The notes beneath the pieces were generated by a model. It worked only from the letters and a program-made list of their open reading frames with translations. It made no database searches and was not told the DNA's origin. A DNA stretch of 64,000 bases, from positions 21,464-85,463 of the forward strand of contig DATGSR010000064.1 in the NCBI GenBank assembly GCA_035302405.1, in the 5' to 3' direction. The stretch comes from Beutenbergiaceae bacterium. GTDB taxonomy: Bacteria > Actinomycetota > Actinomycetes > Actinomycetales > Beutenbergiaceae. Numbering within the stretch: position 1 is the stretch's first letter; every line of letters starts with the position of its first letter. Positions 51,136 through 62,419 of this stretch are shown in pieces. A program made the translations under genes and the position numbers.

Positions 51136-52269
51136 CTACTGTGCCGGGGTGAACTCGTCGGTATACGCCTCATCGGCTGCGACGCTGCGATCCAGCAGGC
51201 CCATCTGGTCCATGAACAGCGCCATCTCGTCCCATGCGGCCGGATCCTGCTGTCCGAAATCTCCGGTGCCGTACAACTCCACCATCGCTTCGGCGGTGAG
51301 CAGCGCCGCCGCTTCGTCCTCCGGACTCATGGTGCCGGGTATGTGCACCGCCGCGGCTTCCACGGCCACAGTGGGGTCGGCACGGATGTCGTCCACTGCG
51401 CGTGCCAAGGCTTCGATCACCGCCGGTACGGCCTCGCCGTGATCGGCCAGCCACGGGTCCGAGGCGCCCAACCCGACGCTGACCAGCGGCAACGAGGCCG
51501 GGTCGGCGATTGTGCGGACCGGGAACTCCCCGGTGGCGAAGGCGGCGGTGTCGCCCGTGACGAATCCGGTGACGGCGTCGACGTGCCCTTCGCTCAGCGC
51601 GTTGAACAAGGTGAAGCCCACATGCTCGATGTGTACGTCGCCGGTGTCCAGTCCGGCCTGGTCGAGGTATCCCAGGAGCCCGAACCAACTCTGTCCGAAG
51701 GGTCCGGGTACCCCGATGCTGTGCCCGGCCAGGTCCGCGACCTCCTGGTACGGGGACTGTTCGGGGACGAAGATCTGCACCGGGTAGTCCTGGTACATCG
51801 TGGCCACGCTGCGGACCTCGGTGCCGGCAGCCACCGCCTGCAGGATCTCATCGTTGCCGGCCACCACCAGGTCCTCCTGTCCCGCTTCCAGGGCGCCGAA
51901 CAGGGATTCCGAGGCGCCGTGGTGCCGCAGCTCGACCTCGACGCCGGCCTCGGCGAAGTATCCCGCCTCCTCCGCCAGGTAGAACGGGGCGAATTGCACG
52001 TCGGGGATGTAGGTCAGTCCGATCACTGCCTCAACCGGTGGGCCGGAGGCACTGCCCGGAGATTCGCTCTCCATCTCGCCGCCGCACCCGGCCAGGGCCA
52101 CGAGCGCGATGAAAAGTACGGCGAGCAGGTGACGTCGTCGGCCGCGACGCCGCGGCACGCGCAGCCGGCTGATCGGGACGAGGTGTCGCGGCCGGGTGGT
52201 CGCGGCTGCCGCGACTGCCGCGACCCTCCTAGCAGGCGGCACAGCGAACAAGGGGGTGCGGGATTGCAT
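51136..52269 (-). CDS. NMT1/THI5-like ABC substrate-binding lipoprotein, probable riboflavin binder (RibY-like)
   Basis: Lipobox [28 protein letters not shown]; ATG 52269 after GAGGAG; downstream of an FMN riboswitch. Confidence 0.82.
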   Translation of the reverse strand: MQSRTPLFAVPPARRVAAVAAAATTRPRHLVPISRLRVPRRRGRRRHLLAVLFIALVALAGCGGEMESESPGSASGPPVEAVIGLTYIPDVQFAPFYLAEEAGYFAEAGVEVELRHHGASESLFGALEAGQEDLVVAGNDEILQAVAAGTEVRSVATMYQDYPVQIFVPEQSPYQEVADLAGHSIGVPGPFGQSWFGLLGYLDQAGLDTGDVHIEHVGFTLFNALSEGHVDAVTGFVTGDTAAFATGEFPVRTIADPASLPLVSVGLGASDPWLADHGEAVPAVIEALARAVDDIRADPTVAVEAAAVHIPGTMSPEDEAAALLTAEAMVELYGTGDFGQQDPAAWDEMALFMDQMGLLDRSVAADEAYTDEFTPAQ

Positions 52270-52277
52270 ATTTCTCC

Positions 52278-53051
52278 TCACCAGCGCAGTTGTCGTTCCA
52301 GGGCGCGGATCGCGAAGAAGAAGAACATCGCCAGGACCGCCAGGGCGATGAGGATCGCGAATAGTCCCGTGGTGTCCTGCCGGTCGCGGTAGACCGTCAG
52401 CAGCATGCCCAGGCCAGCGCCGCCCATGACGAACTCCCCCACCACCGCGCCGGTGACGGACAGCACGAAACCGTTGCGGATCCCCGCAAGGAGCGAGGGC
52501 AGCGCCAACGGGGCCTCGATGTGCCACAGCAGCCGCCCGCGACCGGCGCCGTCGACCCGCGCCGCGTCCACAACGTCCGGATCCAGTGTGGTCAGTCCCA
52601 GGACGGTGTTGATCAGAATGGGGAAGAACACCAGCAGGGCGCACAGCAGCGCGATCGGGATCAGTCCATAACCGATCCACAGCACCAGCAGCGGCGCCAG
52701 CGCTACGGCGGGGATCGCCTGGGTGGCCGCGATGTAAGGTCCGAGGGCGGCTGAGATCGTCGCGGAGCGGGCGATCATGTAGCCCAGCGGTACCGCTACG
52801 ACCAGACCGATCAGGCAGCCCAACAATGCTGCGCTAAAGGTGACCGTGGCGTACCCGAGCAGACCCCCCGCACGCAGTTCGGTCAGCAGCCGCGGCAGCA
52901 GCGAGACGGGGGCCGGGAGGGCGCGTGAGCCGAGCAGCGAGGACAGTGCCTGCCAACCGAGCAGCACGACGACGCCGGTGATGATCGGGGCGAGCACAGT
53001 CAGCGACCGCCCCGGACGGGGCGTGACCATCGTGGTGGTGCTGCGCGGCAC
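52278..53051 (-). CDS. NitT/TauT-type ABC permease, probable riboflavin uptake (RibX-like)
   Basis: QAIPAVALAPLLVLWIG, DAARVDGA (EAA-like loop), GAVVGEF...GLG. Confidence 0.85.
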   Translation of the reverse strand: MPRSTTTMVTPRPGRSLTVLAPIITGVVVLLGWQALSSLLGSRALPAPVSLLPRLLTELRAGGLLGYATVTFSAALLGCLIGLVVAVPLGYMIARSATISAALGPYIAATQAIPAVALAPLLVLWIGYGLIPIALLCALLVFFPILINTVLGLTTLDPDVVDAARVDGAGRGRLLWHIEAPLALPSLLAGIRNGFVLSVTGAVVGEFVMGGAGLGMLLTVYRDRQDTTGLFAILIALAVLAMFFFFAIRALERQLRW

Positions 53052-53140
53052 GTGTGGTTCTCCTTCCCAGACCGGCCTCCGGGGCCAGCCTGGGTTGCGC
53101 GGCGCAACTCCTGGCCGGCGCCGCCGTAGGGCGACGCCGC

Positions 53141-53268
53141 GTGCTTCCTCCCATCCGGACTATCACCGTCGGTTCTGGAGTTTCACCAGATCAACCGTCC
53201 CGTGCGGTGCACGGTTCGGGTCGCGGACTTTCACCGCCGGCTCGGACTTTCACCGACCCCGGAGCACG
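53141..53268 (-). ncRNA. FMN riboswitch (RFN element)
   Basis: Minus strand GTGCTCCGGGGTCGGTGAAAGTCCGAGCCGGCGGTGAAAGTCCGCGA...TTGATCTGGTGAAACTCCAGAACCGACGGTGATAGTCCGGATGGGAGGAAGCAC matches the RFN consensus blocks. Confidence 0.96.
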
Positions 53269-53306
53269 ATCAATTCACATTCTGCCATATCCCCCGGGTG
53301 GCCGGA

Positions 53307-53972
53307 TCAGCGGACGAATGCTTTCTCCGCCAATCCGCGCAACGCTCGCACCTCGGCGTCGGGATCTTGCGCCCGGTACACCGCTGAGCCGGCGACGAAC
53401 ACGTTCGCCCCCGCCTCGGCTGCCTGAGCGATGGTGTCCCGGGAGATTCCCCCGTCGACCTGGATCCAGGTGTCCAGTCCCGCGGCGGTGCTCGCCGCCC
53501 GGATCCGGCGAACCTTCGGCAACGCGCCGGCGAGGAACGGCTGCCCGCCGAAACCCGGTTCGACCGTCATCACCAAGACCTGGTCGAACTCAGGGAGGAA
53601 CTCCAGGTACGGCTCGACGTCGGTGGTGGGATTCAGCGCGATCCCGGCCCGGGCGCCAGCTTCTCGCAGCGTCCGGGCGAGCCGGATCGGTGCGGTCGCG
53701 GCTTCGGCGTGGAAGGTGACGGTGGCCGCCCCCGCCTCGGCGAACTGGGGTGCCCAGGTGTCGGGGTCCTCGATCATCAGGTGCACATCGGCCGGGGTGC
53801 GGCTGTGCCGCAGCAGGGCTTTTACGACCGGCAGTCCGAAGGTCAGGTTCGGAACGAAGTGGTTGTCCATCACGTCTAGGTGGACCAGGTCCGCGGCGGA
53901 GATCCGTGCTACCTCCTCGGAAAGCCTGGACAGGTCCGCGTTCAGCACCGAGGGGGCGATGAGAATCTCCAT
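53307..53972 (-). CDS. rpe: Ribulose-phosphate 3-epimerase
   Basis: [36 protein letters not shown]. Confidence 0.97.
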   Translation of the reverse strand: MEILIAPSVLNADLSRLSEEVARISAADLVHLDVMDNHFVPNLTFGLPVVKALLRHSRTPADVHLMIEDPDTWAPQFAEAGAATVTFHAEAATAPIRLARTLREAGARAGIALNPTTDVEPYLEFLPEFDQVLVMTVEPGFGGQPFLAGALPKVRRIRAASTAAGLDTWIQVDGGISRDTIAQAAEAGANVFVAGSAVYRAQDPDAEVRALRGLAEKAFVR

Positions 53973-53991
53973 GGTCGCCGAGCCTACTTGG

Positions 53992-55488
53992 TCAGCGTCG
54001 GATCAGCGCCAGGAACATCGCGTCGGTGCCGTGCTGGTGCGGCCAGAGTTGCGCCGTCATCCCCTCGGCGGAGACCACCTCCTGCTGCGACACATGCGCC
54101 AGCACCGCCGGGGCGTCCAGCAGTTGCGCCCCCGGGAATGCGGACAGCGCGTCCTGCACGACGACGTCGGTCTCGGCCGGGTGCGGGGAGCAGGTCACGT
54201 AGCCCACGACCCCGCCGTGGCGCACGGAATGCAACGCCGAGGTGAGCAATTCTCGCTGCAGCGGTCCCAGCGTGGCCAGATCGCTGGGCCTGCGCCGCCA
54301 GCGTGCCTCCGGTCGGCGGCGTAAGGCCCCCATCCCGGTGCACGGCGCATCTACCAGGACCCGGTCGTAGCGTCCCGGTTCTGTTTCCCCGATGGCACGG
54401 CCGTCATCGTTGCGTACTTGCAACCCCGGGAGGACCTTGCCCACCGCTCGCGTGGAGTCTGCCACCAGCCGGGCCCGGTGTGCCGCCACCTCGTTGGCGA
54501 TGAGTTGGCCGGCGGGGTCTCGGTCCGCCAGGAGTGCGCCCAGTAGGGCCGCTTTGCCGCCGGGTCCGGCGCACATGTCCAACCAGGTACTGTCCGGGCC
54601 TTCGATTTCGGCTGCCGCCAGCGCCAGGGTCACGAGTTGGCTGCCCTCATCCTGCACGCCCGCTGCTCCGGTGCGCACCACATCCAGCTCGCCCGGGTCG
54701 CCACCTGCAGTCAAGGTCCAGGAGGTCGGCGCCCAGCGGCCGGGTTCCCCGGACCGCGGCGGCACGTCATCTGCGTTGACCAGACCCGGGCGAAGGCACA
54801 GCGACACTGCCGGAGGAACGTTGTTGGCGGCCAGGGCGGACTCGACGAGTTCTGCCGAAGCGCCGGTACCGAGGGCACTTCGGATGGCCCGGACCATCCA
54901 TTCGGGGTGGGAATGCACCGCGGCTGCTGCCTGCACGTCCAACCCCTCGGAGGTGGTGACCGGACCGAGTTGGTCGATCCAGCGTTCCGCGGGCTGCTCG
55001 CTGATCCGGCGTAGGATCGCGTTCACGAAGTTGGCCGGCCCGTTGCCGGCTGCTTCCCGCCCCAGGGCCACGGATTCCGATACGGCGGCGTGGCGGGCCA
55101 CCCGCATGCCCAACAGTTGGTGGGCGCCCAAGCGCAGTACGCGTTTGACCGGGGGGTCCAGGTCCTTCACTGGCCGGTCCGACACCAGGTTCACGATCGC
55201 GTCGTACCGGCCCCGCAGACGTAGGGTGCCGTAGGTCAGTTCCGTGGCGAAGGCCGCGTCCCTGCCGCTGATTCGGCGTTCCCGAAGCAGTTTGGGCAGC
55301 GCCAGGTTGGCGTAGGCATCGGCTTCTTCCACCTGCGTGAGCACGTCGAACGCCAACAACCGGGACGCGGCCACGGCGCGCGGGCCATGGGGTTTGGTGT
55401 TTCGACGGTGTGGTCGGGTCCCGCGTCCGCGGCGTGGGTCCGGTGGTTTCTGCGTGCGGGACCGGCGCTTGCCTCGCGCCTTATCCAT
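53992..55488 (-). CDS. rsmB: RsmB/Fmu RNA m5C methyltransferase with NusB-like domain
   Basis: [39 protein letters not shown]. Confidence 0.92.
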   Translation of the reverse strand: MDKARGKRRSRTQKPPDPRRGRGTRPHRRNTKPHGPRAVAASRLLAFDVLTQVEEADAYANLALPKLLRERRISGRDAAFATELTYGTLRLRGRYDAIVNLVSDRPVKDLDPPVKRVLRLGAHQLLGMRVARHAAVSESVALGREAAGNGPANFVNAILRRISEQPAERWIDQLGPVTTSEGLDVQAAAAVHSHPEWMVRAIRSALGTGASAELVESALAANNVPPAVSLCLRPGLVNADDVPPRSGEPGRWAPTSWTLTAGGDPGELDVVRTGAAGVQDEGSQLVTLALAAAEIEGPDSTWLDMCAGPGGKAALLGALLADRDPAGQLIANEVAAHRARLVADSTRAVGKVLPGLQVRNDDGRAIGETEPGRYDRVLVDAPCTGMGALRRRPEARWRRRPSDLATLGPLQRELLTSALHSVRHGGVVGYVTCSPHPAETDVVVQDALSAFPGAQLLDAPAVLAHVSQQEVVSAEGMTAQLWPHQHGTDAMFLALIRR

Positions 55489-56419
55489 CGGTTGCACCCA
55501 GTGTCGTCTCAGGATCCAGCCGCGCACCGCGCGCCCAGTCCGCGGCGTCCATCCATCCCTTTCCGGCGGGCGCCACCTGCGTGAGTCGAACCGGGTGGGT
55601 CGAGGTACCCACCAGTACCGAATCGTTGCTGTGCTGCAGCCGGCCGGGAGAGAGCGGGATCTCATCCGGTTGGGGTCGCACCGGCCCCAGTTTCAGCCGG
55701 CGGCCGGCGTGCATCGTCCAGGCTCCCGGCGCCGGGGTGGTGGCCCGGATGTGGCGGTCGACTCTTGCTGCGCTGGAGTTCCAGTCGATCCGGGCATTGG
55801 CACTGGTGAGGCGCGGAGCGTGGGAAACACCGGTACTCGGTTGCGGTATGGGTTGGGCAGTGCCGGCCTCGATCTGGTCCAGGGTCTCGATGAGTACCGG
55901 CGCGCCCAGGTGGGCGAGGGTTTCCAGCAGGTCTCCGGCAGTGTCCTCGGGGCCGATCGGGTGCGGGCGTGTGGATAGAACCGGGCCGGTGTCCAACCCG
56001 GCCTCGATCTGGAATGTGCTCACTCCGGTGGTGGTGTCTCCTGCCCAGATCGCGTGCTGGACCGGTGCAGCACCGCGCCAGGCCGGCAGTAGGGAGAAGT
56101 GGAGGTTGACCCACCCGTAAGGCAGGACGGACAAGGCCGGTTCGCGAAGTAGAGCGCCGTAGGCCACCACCGCACTGACCTGTGCGCCGGTATCAGCGAT
56201 CTGTTCGAGGACCTCCTGCTCGTGGGGGCGGTTGGTGGTGATCACCGGCAGGCCATGGTCCAGCGCCAGTTGGTGTACCGGACTCGGCGTCAGGACCCGC
56301 TTGCGGCCAACGGGCGCAGGGGGCCGGGTAAGTACTCCGACCACGTCATGGTCGCTGTCCAACAGCGCACGCAGAGACGGTAGCGCGACCGCGGGTGTCC
56401 CGCTGAACAGCACGCGCAT
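55481..56419 (-). CDS. fmt: Methionyl-tRNA formyltransferase
   Basis: FSGTP, VVAYG, NLHFSLLPAWRGAAPVQ, GLDTG. Confidence 0.97.
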   Translation of the reverse strand: MRVLFSGTPAVALPSLRALLDSDHDVVGVLTRPPAPVGRKRVLTPSPVHQLALDHGLPVITTNRPHEQEVLEQIADTGAQVSAVVAYGALLREPALSVLPYGWVNLHFSLLPAWRGAAPVQHAIWAGDTTTGVSTFQIEAGLDTGPVLSTRPHPIGPEDTAGDLLETLAHLGAPVLIETLDQIEAGTAQPIPQPSTGVSHAPRLTSANARIDWNSSAARVDRHIRATTPAPGAWTMHAGRRLKLGPVRPQPDEIPLSPGRLQHSNDSVLVGTSTHPVRLTQVAPAGKGWMDAADWARGARLDPETTLGATDG

Positions 56420-56471
56420 GGTCACCTTCCTTCTTCAGGCCAGGCTTGAGTCTAGGGGTTGGATTGCCCGT

Positions 56472-56580
56472 CAGCACCGCTCGGGGCCACCAACACCGCT
56501 CGGGCGATCAGGATGGCTCGGTAGATCAGCGTCGCTCGGGCGATCAGCACCGCTCGGGCCACCAGCACCCCTTGGGCCGG
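56472..56580. repeat. About 18-bp degenerate tandem repeat x6 between priA and fmt
   Basis: Consecutive CAGCACCGCTCGGGC(GAT/CAC)-like units. Confidence 0.85.
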
Positions 56581-56617
56581 CGTCACCCGACAGCCTCGTG
56601 TCCATCGTTCGACCCAC

Positions 56618-58951
56618 TCACCACAGTCGCGCCGGATCGACCTGGACACGCACCGCCCCGGGTTCTTTCCGGGCGCTGCGAAGAGCCTGTGCATGGGTGA
56701 GGGCGGTGTTGACTTCGGTGGCCAATTGTCGCGGCGCCCTGATCAGCGCTCGCACAGTCGGCTCGGAGTGGATCGGTACCTCAGCAGCCAGGGGCGTTTG
56801 TCCGGACACGCTTCGTTCGCCCGCGGTTCGTGTGGCCCCAGCCTGATCGTCATCGAAAACGGGCACGCTTGCGGCGGGCACGTCCACCGGCCCGAGCACC
56901 TCGACCTGCGGTGGGACGTTGAGGATACGAAGGAAACTGCGCACCGCTTCGGCCCCGCCTTCGACTGCGGCCATGTGCACATGCGGCGGAAAACTCAGTT
57001 CAGCACGCTCATCAAGTTCGCGTTCGGCCAATCCGATCGGGTCCCACCGCACCATTGCTTGGGTCGGCACCGGTGCACCCTGGCCCAGCAGAACCACCTG
57101 GCCCGTCGGCGCAGGACGCACCAGCGCTGCCGCGCGCATCCACCGCCGCAGTGCCTCGACCGCTGCGTCAAGTTCGGGACGTTCGGTGGTCACGGCCGCA
57201 TCCAGGAGCGCCGCCGCATGGTAACCGCCCTCGGCGCTCGGCTCGGCGCCGGGCGTGCTCACCACCAGCCGTGGACGGGCGTCGACGGCGCCCACCACTC
57301 CCCCATCCCGGCCGGAGACGAGCACGGGCACGCCAGGGAAGGCCCGGCCGAGTTCCTCGGCGGTGCGGCTGCTGCCGACCCGGGTTGCTCGCAGGCGGTT
57401 GTGACCACACTCCTGGCACGTCCAGTTCGTCGCGAGGCGCCCGCACCAGCCGCAGGCCGGCACAGCATCCGGATGCGCGAGCCGCAGCGGTCCGTGACAG
57501 TTCGCACATCGCGCCGGAGTGCGACAGCGGCCGCAGGAGGTGGCCGGGAGGTATCCCGCACGTGGCACATGCACCAACGCCGGACCGGAGTGGAGGGCAT
57601 GGCGTAGCACCCGCCAAGCGAGACTCGGGATACGGGCTCGGCCGGCAGGTCCCTCGGCCTCCAGATCCGCTTCCCCGGGAGCCTGCACACGCGGCGCGGC
57701 CCGGCGCACCATAGCGCGGTCCGCGTGCAGGGATTTGGCCCACCCGTCCCGGACCAACACCTGGGCTTGGGGACTGCGCGCGAATCCCCCGATAAGGGCG
57801 CCGGCCCCGCTCAGGTCGGCGCGCTGGATCAGCACGGTGCGGGCGTGGGGGTAGGGCTTGCGCAACTCGGCCAGCGAATCGTCCCCCTCGTCCCAGCAGA
57901 TCACCAGACCCAGGCGCGGTACTGGAGCGAACGCCGCCGATCGGGTGCCGATCACCACCTGCACCTGCCCGGTCAGAGCGAGGATGAATCTGCGGTACCG
58001 CGCCGAACGGCCCTGGTCCGCGCTGAGCACCTCGTGGAGCACACCGGCGTGGCGAAGCGCCGCCGACAGCGTCTGCACGTCCCGCTCGTCGGGCACGACA
58101 GTCAGCACCGACCTGCCGGAATTACAGGTCGCGATGATGGCCTGTGTGATTGCAACGGCCCAATGCGGGTCTTGGGGGCGTGCCTCACCTTCCGCATGCG
58201 CAGGCGCCCATGGCAACGCCGTCCATACCGCCCGAGGGTGGTCGCCGGATGCGAGACGCCGCAGGAACGCCGCACCCCCCGGATACGGTGCCCAGTCCTG
58301 CTCGCGTGGCAGCGAACCGATCGGCGGCCAGGTCGGCGGCTGCTCCTGGGTCCAGTCGTACCGGCCGGTGGGTGCGCCCGCCTCGCGCCGGGCATCGTCG
58401 TGCGTCTGATGCTGTCCGGCCCTCCCGGTGCGTTCAGCCCCATGCTCCTCGGGGCGTTCAGCCCGGTGCCCCTCGGTGCCTTCAGGTCGTTCGCCCTCGG
58501 CACGTTCGGACCGTTCCTCCTCGGTGCGGTCAGCGCGTTGCAGGGCTGCTCGCTCCGCCGCCGCATGCCGGGGAGGAACGGCGAGCCGGAGTACATCGCT
58601 CAGCGTGCCGGCGTAATAGCGCGCCACCGAGCGGCACAAGGTGAGGATCTCGTGGGTGAGGGCGGGAACTTCCGAGACCACCCGCCGGAGTTGGATCAGG
58701 GGGCGTTCACCCGCTCTGGGAGCGCGGGTCGCCACCACGAACCCGTCCCGTTCAGTGCCGGCGAAGCGCACCTTGACCCGAACTCCGGGCCTGGTGCTGG
58801 GCACCAAAGCCTCCGGCACGGCATAGTCGAAGGTGCGGTCCAGGTGCGCCAGCGGGGTTTGCACCAGCACCTCGGCCACCAGGCGGTGGTCGGGTGCCTC
58901 GGGCGGTCGGGCACCATCCACCTGCAGCAGTGCGGGTTGGTCGGTGCTCAT
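56618..58951 (-). CDS. priA: Primosomal protein N' (actinobacterial type)
   Basis: LAHLDRTFDY, IGTRSAAFAP, CGRC...CANC...CGWC...CQEC zinc motif, RTAEELGRAFP, VRVQVDP. Confidence 0.93.
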   Translation of the reverse strand: MSTDQPALLQVDGARPPEAPDHRLVAEVLVQTPLAHLDRTFDYAVPEALVPSTRPGVRVKVRFAGTERDGFVVATRAPRAGERPLIQLRRVVSEVPALTHEILTLCRSVARYYAGTLSDVLRLAVPPRHAAAERAALQRADRTEEERSERAEGERPEGTEGHRAERPEEHGAERTGRAGQHQTHDDARREAGAPTGRYDWTQEQPPTWPPIGSLPREQDWAPYPGGAAFLRRLASGDHPRAVWTALPWAPAHAEGEARPQDPHWAVAITQAIIATCNSGRSVLTVVPDERDVQTLSAALRHAGVLHEVLSADQGRSARYRRFILALTGQVQVVIGTRSAAFAPVPRLGLVICWDEGDDSLAELRKPYPHARTVLIQRADLSGAGALIGGFARSPQAQVLVRDGWAKSLHADRAMVRRAAPRVQAPGEADLEAEGPAGRARIPSLAWRVLRHALHSGPALVHVPRAGYLPATSCGRCRTPARCANCHGPLRLAHPDAVPACGWCGRLATNWTCQECGHNRLRATRVGSSRTAEELGRAFPGVPVLVSGRDGGVVGAVDARPRLVVSTPGAEPSAEGGYHAAALLDAAVTTERPELDAAVEALRRWMRAAALVRPAPTGQVVLLGQGAPVPTQAMVRWDPIGLAERELDERAELSFPPHVHMAAVEGGAEAVRSFLRILNVPPQVEVLGPVDVPAASVPVFDDDQAGATRTAGERSVSGQTPLAAEVPIHSEPTVRALIRAPRQLATEVNTALTHAQALRSARKEPGAVRVQVDPARLW

Positions 58952-59012
58952 GTGCCGATCCCACCACGAACCGCCCACAGGGGGCCAAACCCGTGCTGGG
59001 CGAGTAGGTTGC

Positions 59013-60215
59013 TCAGTTCACCGCGGCTTGTAGATCCGCTACCTTGCTGGGTTGTTCCCAAGTGAATTCGGCAAGTTCCCGGCCGAAGTGCCCGTAGTTG
59101 CTGGTGCGGGCGTATATCGGGCGCATCAGGTCCAGTTGCTCGATGATCGCCAGGGGGCGCAGATCGAACACGTCGGTGATGGCATGCTCGATGCGGCTTA
59201 CGGGCACCGTTTCGGTGCCGAACGTCTCCACGTACACCGCGACCGGGTGCGCGCGTCCGATGGCGTAGGACACTTGGACCTCACAGCGGGTAGCGAGCGC
59301 GGCGGCGACGACGTTCTTGGCCACCCAGCGCATCGCATAGGAGGCGGATCGGTCCACTTTGGACGGGTCCTTGCCGGAGAAGGCGCCACCGCCGTGCCGG
59401 GCCATTCCGCCATAGGTATCGACGATGATCTTGCGCCCGGTCAGACCGGCATCCCCCATCGGCCCGCCGAGCACAAAGGCGCCGGAGGGGTTGACCAGGG
59501 TGGTGACGCCGGAGATATCCAAGTCCAATCCAGCGGCGAACCCGTCGAGGACTGGATCCAACACGTACTCCTGCACGAGACCGGGCAGCTCGCGTTCGTG
59601 GTCGATGCTGCCGTCGTGTTGGGTCGACAGCACCACGGTGTCCACTCCCACCGGCCGATCACCCTCATAGCGGATGGTGACCTGGGTCTTGCCGTCCGGG
59701 CGCAGGCCCGGGGCGATGCCTTCCTTGCGAACCTGGGTCAGTCGTTGGGTGATGCGGTGGGACATCAGGATCGGCAATGGCATCAACTCCGGGGTGTCGG
59801 AGCAGGCATAGCCGAACATGAGCCCCTGGTCCCCCGCGCCCTGGAGGTCGAGATCGTCGGCGGCGGTGCCCTGGCGCACCTCGAGCGATTGGTTGACGCC
59901 GGCGGCGATCTCCGGGGACTGCTGGTCTATCGACAGCGACACCCCGCACGAACGCCCGTCGAACCCGATATCGGAAGAGGTGTACCCGATCTCGGTGATG
60001 ACGTCCCGCACCAGTTGCGGGATCTCCACATAGGAGTGTGTGGTGACCTCCCCGGCCACATGCACCAGACCGGTGGTGACCAACGACTCCACCGCGACCC
60101 GTGAGTTGGGGTCCTGCTCGAGCATCGCATCGAGGATGCTGTCCGAGATCAGGTCGCAGATCTTGTCCGGGTGGCCTTCGGTGACGGACTCGGAGGTAAA
60201 CAGTCGGTGACTCAC
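59013..60215 (-). CDS. metK: S-adenosylmethionine synthetase
   Basis: [28 protein letters not shown]. Confidence 0.98.
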   Translation of the reverse strand: MSHRLFTSESVTEGHPDKICDLISDSILDAMLEQDPNSRVAVESLVTTGLVHVAGEVTTHSYVEIPQLVRDVITEIGYTSSDIGFDGRSCGVSLSIDQQSPEIAAGVNQSLEVRQGTAADDLDLQGAGDQGLMFGYACSDTPELMPLPILMSHRITQRLTQVRKEGIAPGLRPDGKTQVTIRYEGDRPVGVDTVVLSTQHDGSIDHERELPGLVQEYVLDPVLDGFAAGLDLDISGVTTLVNPSGAFVLGGPMGDAGLTGRKIIVDTYGGMARHGGGAFSGKDPSKVDRSASYAMRWVAKNVVAAALATRCEVQVSYAIGRAHPVAVYVETFGTETVPVSRIEHAITDVFDLRPLAIIEQLDLMRPIYARTSNYGHFGRELAEFTWEQPSKVADLQAAVN

Positions 60216-60256
60216 AGTCGCGAGCCTACTGCCTCACCCCGACAGTTAGCCCGGGC

Positions 60257-61519
60257 TCAGGGCCGCGCGGCGAGCCGCTCCTCCACGGCATCAAGGAGAC
60301 CGACGGCGACATCGGTCTTGGACCCCGCTGCACGCCCTACCTCTGTGCCGTCGGGACGCAACACCACCACCGCGTTGGGCACATCACCGAATCCCAAGCC
60401 CGCGCCGACGTGGTTGACCGCGAGCAGATCGGCGCCCTTGCGTGCTGCCTTGTTCCGGCCGTGGGACAGCACCTCCTCGGCGTCCTGGCCGGTCTCCGCA
60501 GCAAAACCCACCACCACCTGGCCATCCCGTCGTTCTCGCACCAGTCCGGCGAGGATGTCCGGGTTCGACACCAGTTCGATCACCGGCGCCTCCTGGCGAT
60601 GACCGGCCGGGTCATGGGTTTTGATCTTCGACTCCGAGGAGTTCGCAGGCCGGAAATCCGCGACGGCAGCGGCCATGATGAGCACATCCGCGTCCGCCGC
60701 GTGCCTGGTCATCGCGTGTTGCAGTTCGGCGGTGGTCTCCACCTGCTCCACCTCGACGGCGCTGGGCAGTTCGGCGAGCAAGGCGTCCTCCACGTTCGCC
60801 GCCACGACCTGCACTCGGGCGCCGCGGTCGGCTGCGACCCGCGCCAGCGCCAATCCCTGCCGACCGGAGGACCGATTGCCTAGGAACCGCACGGGGTCGA
60901 GGGGCTCCCGGGTACCGCCGGCGCTGATCACCACCCGCCGGCCCGCCAGGCTGTCATCCGCCCGGGTCGTCGCGTCGTCCCGATCGCCGCGGTACTCCGC
61001 GGCGATCTGCAGCGCGGCGGAGACGACGTCCTCCGGTTCGGCCATACGACCGGGGCCGGTGTCCTGCCCCGTCAGGCGCCCGGTGGCGACGTCCAACACG
61101 TGCGCTCCGCGCTCCCGCAGGGTCGCCACGTTCGCCTGCGTGGCTGGGTGCTGCCACATCTCGGTGTGCATCGCCGGTGCGTAAACCACCGGCGATGTCA
61201 CCGTGAGCAACGTCGCGGTCAGCAGGTCGTCGGCCCGGCCGGAGGCGGCCCGGGCGAGCAGGTCGGCGGTAGCGGGGATGATGATCACCAAGTCTGCTTC
61301 ACGGCCGAGCCGGACGTGATCGACAGTGTCCGCCCCCTCGAAGACGGAGGTGGTCACCGGCTCGTGGGATAACGCCTCCCACGTGGTTTTTCCCACGAAC
61401 TCCAAGGCGGCCACGGTGGGAATCACCCGGACCTGATGACCTGCTTCGGTCAGGAGCCGCAGCGCGAGAGCGGCCTTGTACGCAGCGATCCCTCCGGAGA
61501 CCCCCAGGATGATGCGCAC
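60257..61519 (-). CDS. coaBC: Bifunctional phosphopantothenoylcysteine decarboxylase/ligase
   Basis: GVSGGIAAYK, APAMHTEMW, SAGGTREPLDPVRFLGNRSSG, VGFAAET. Confidence 0.96.
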   Translation of the reverse strand: MRIILGVSGGIAAYKAALALRLLTEAGHQVRVIPTVAALEFVGKTTWEALSHEPVTTSVFEGADTVDHVRLGREADLVIIIPATADLLARAASGRADDLLTATLLTVTSPVVYAPAMHTEMWQHPATQANVATLRERGAHVLDVATGRLTGQDTGPGRMAEPEDVVSAALQIAAEYRGDRDDATTRADDSLAGRRVVISAGGTREPLDPVRFLGNRSSGRQGLALARVAADRGARVQVVAANVEDALLAELPSAVEVEQVETTAELQHAMTRHAADADVLIMAAAVADFRPANSSESKIKTHDPAGHRQEAPVIELVSNPDILAGLVRERRDGQVVVGFAAETGQDAEEVLSHGRNKAARKGADLLAVNHVGAGLGFGDVPNAVVVLRPDGTEVGRAAGSKTDVAVGLLDAVEERLAARP

Positions 61520-61526
61520 GGGCGGG

Positions 61527-61790
61527 TCAGCCCTCGGTTTGCTCGAGCTGGAGCAGGCCCTCGTTGATCTCCCGCATCGCGATCGACAGCGGTTTCTCTT
61601 GGAGTTCGGTCTCCACCAACGGGCCGACGTACTCCAGCAGGCCCTCGTTGAGTTGGGCGTAGTAGGAGTTGATCTGCCGGGCCCGCTTGGCGGAATAGAT
61701 CACCAGGGCATACTTGGAGTCGACAGCCTCGAGCAGTTCATCGATCGGGGGGTCGGTGATGCCCTCTGGGTTGGCGACGGTTCCTGCCAT
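61527..61790 (-). CDS. rpoZ: RNA polymerase omega subunit
   Basis: [12 protein letters not shown]...[27 protein letters not shown]. Confidence 0.96.
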   Translation of the reverse strand: MAGTVANPEGITDPPIDELLEAVDSKYALVIYSAKRARQINSYYAQLNEGLLEYVGPLVETELQEKPLSIAMREINEGLLQLEQTEG

Positions 61791-61837
61791 GGTGTTCACA
61801 ATCCTCACGCGGTCGACGACGGGTCCAACGCAACATT

Positions 61838-62419
61838 CTAGCCTTCACACATCAGGGAAACCAACTCATCAGTGGCCCGTGCCACGTCGTCGTTGACGAT
61901 GATGTGATCGAACTCATCCACCGCCGCCATCTCTACCTTCGCGGTCTCGAGGCGCCGTTGCCGTTCGGTTTCATCCTCCGTGCCGCGGCCGGCCTGCCGC
62001 CGCAGCAGTTCATCCCAACTGGGCGGGGCAAGGAAGACGAACCGTGCTTCGGGCATGCGTTCGCGTACCTGGCGGGCACCTTGGAGATCGATCTCCAACA
62101 ACGCCGGCTCGCCTGCCTCCAACCGTGCCAGCAACGGGGCAAGCGGTGTGCCGTAACTGTGTCTGCCGTGCACCACCGCCCACTCCAGCAACTCTTCCCG
62201 GCGCACCATCTGGGCGAACTCGTTCTCACTGACGAACCAGTAGTGCACCCCGTCCTGTTCGCCGGGCCGGGGCGGGCGGGTGGTCACCGAGGTGGACAGC
62301 CAGACGTGCGGATAACGACGGCGCACGTCGGCCGAGACGGTTCCCTTGCCCACCGCGGTTGGTCCGGCGAGTACGGTCAGACGGCTGTGGGCTCTGCGCG
62401 GGAGGTCCTGTTCAGCCAA
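61838..62419 (-). CDS. gmk: Guanylate kinase
   Basis: [31 protein letters not shown]. Start uncertain (TTG 62419 overlaps the mihF stop). Confidence 0.95.
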   Translation of the reverse strand: MAEQDLPRRAHSRLTVLAGPTAVGKGTVSADVRRRYPHVWLSTSVTTRPPRPGEQDGVHYWFVSENEFAQMVRREELLEWAVVHGRHSYGTPLAPLLARLEAGEPALLEIDLQGARQVRERMPEARFVFLAPPSWDELLRRQAGRGTEDETERQRRLETAKVEMAAVDEFDHIIVNDDVARATDELVSLMCEG

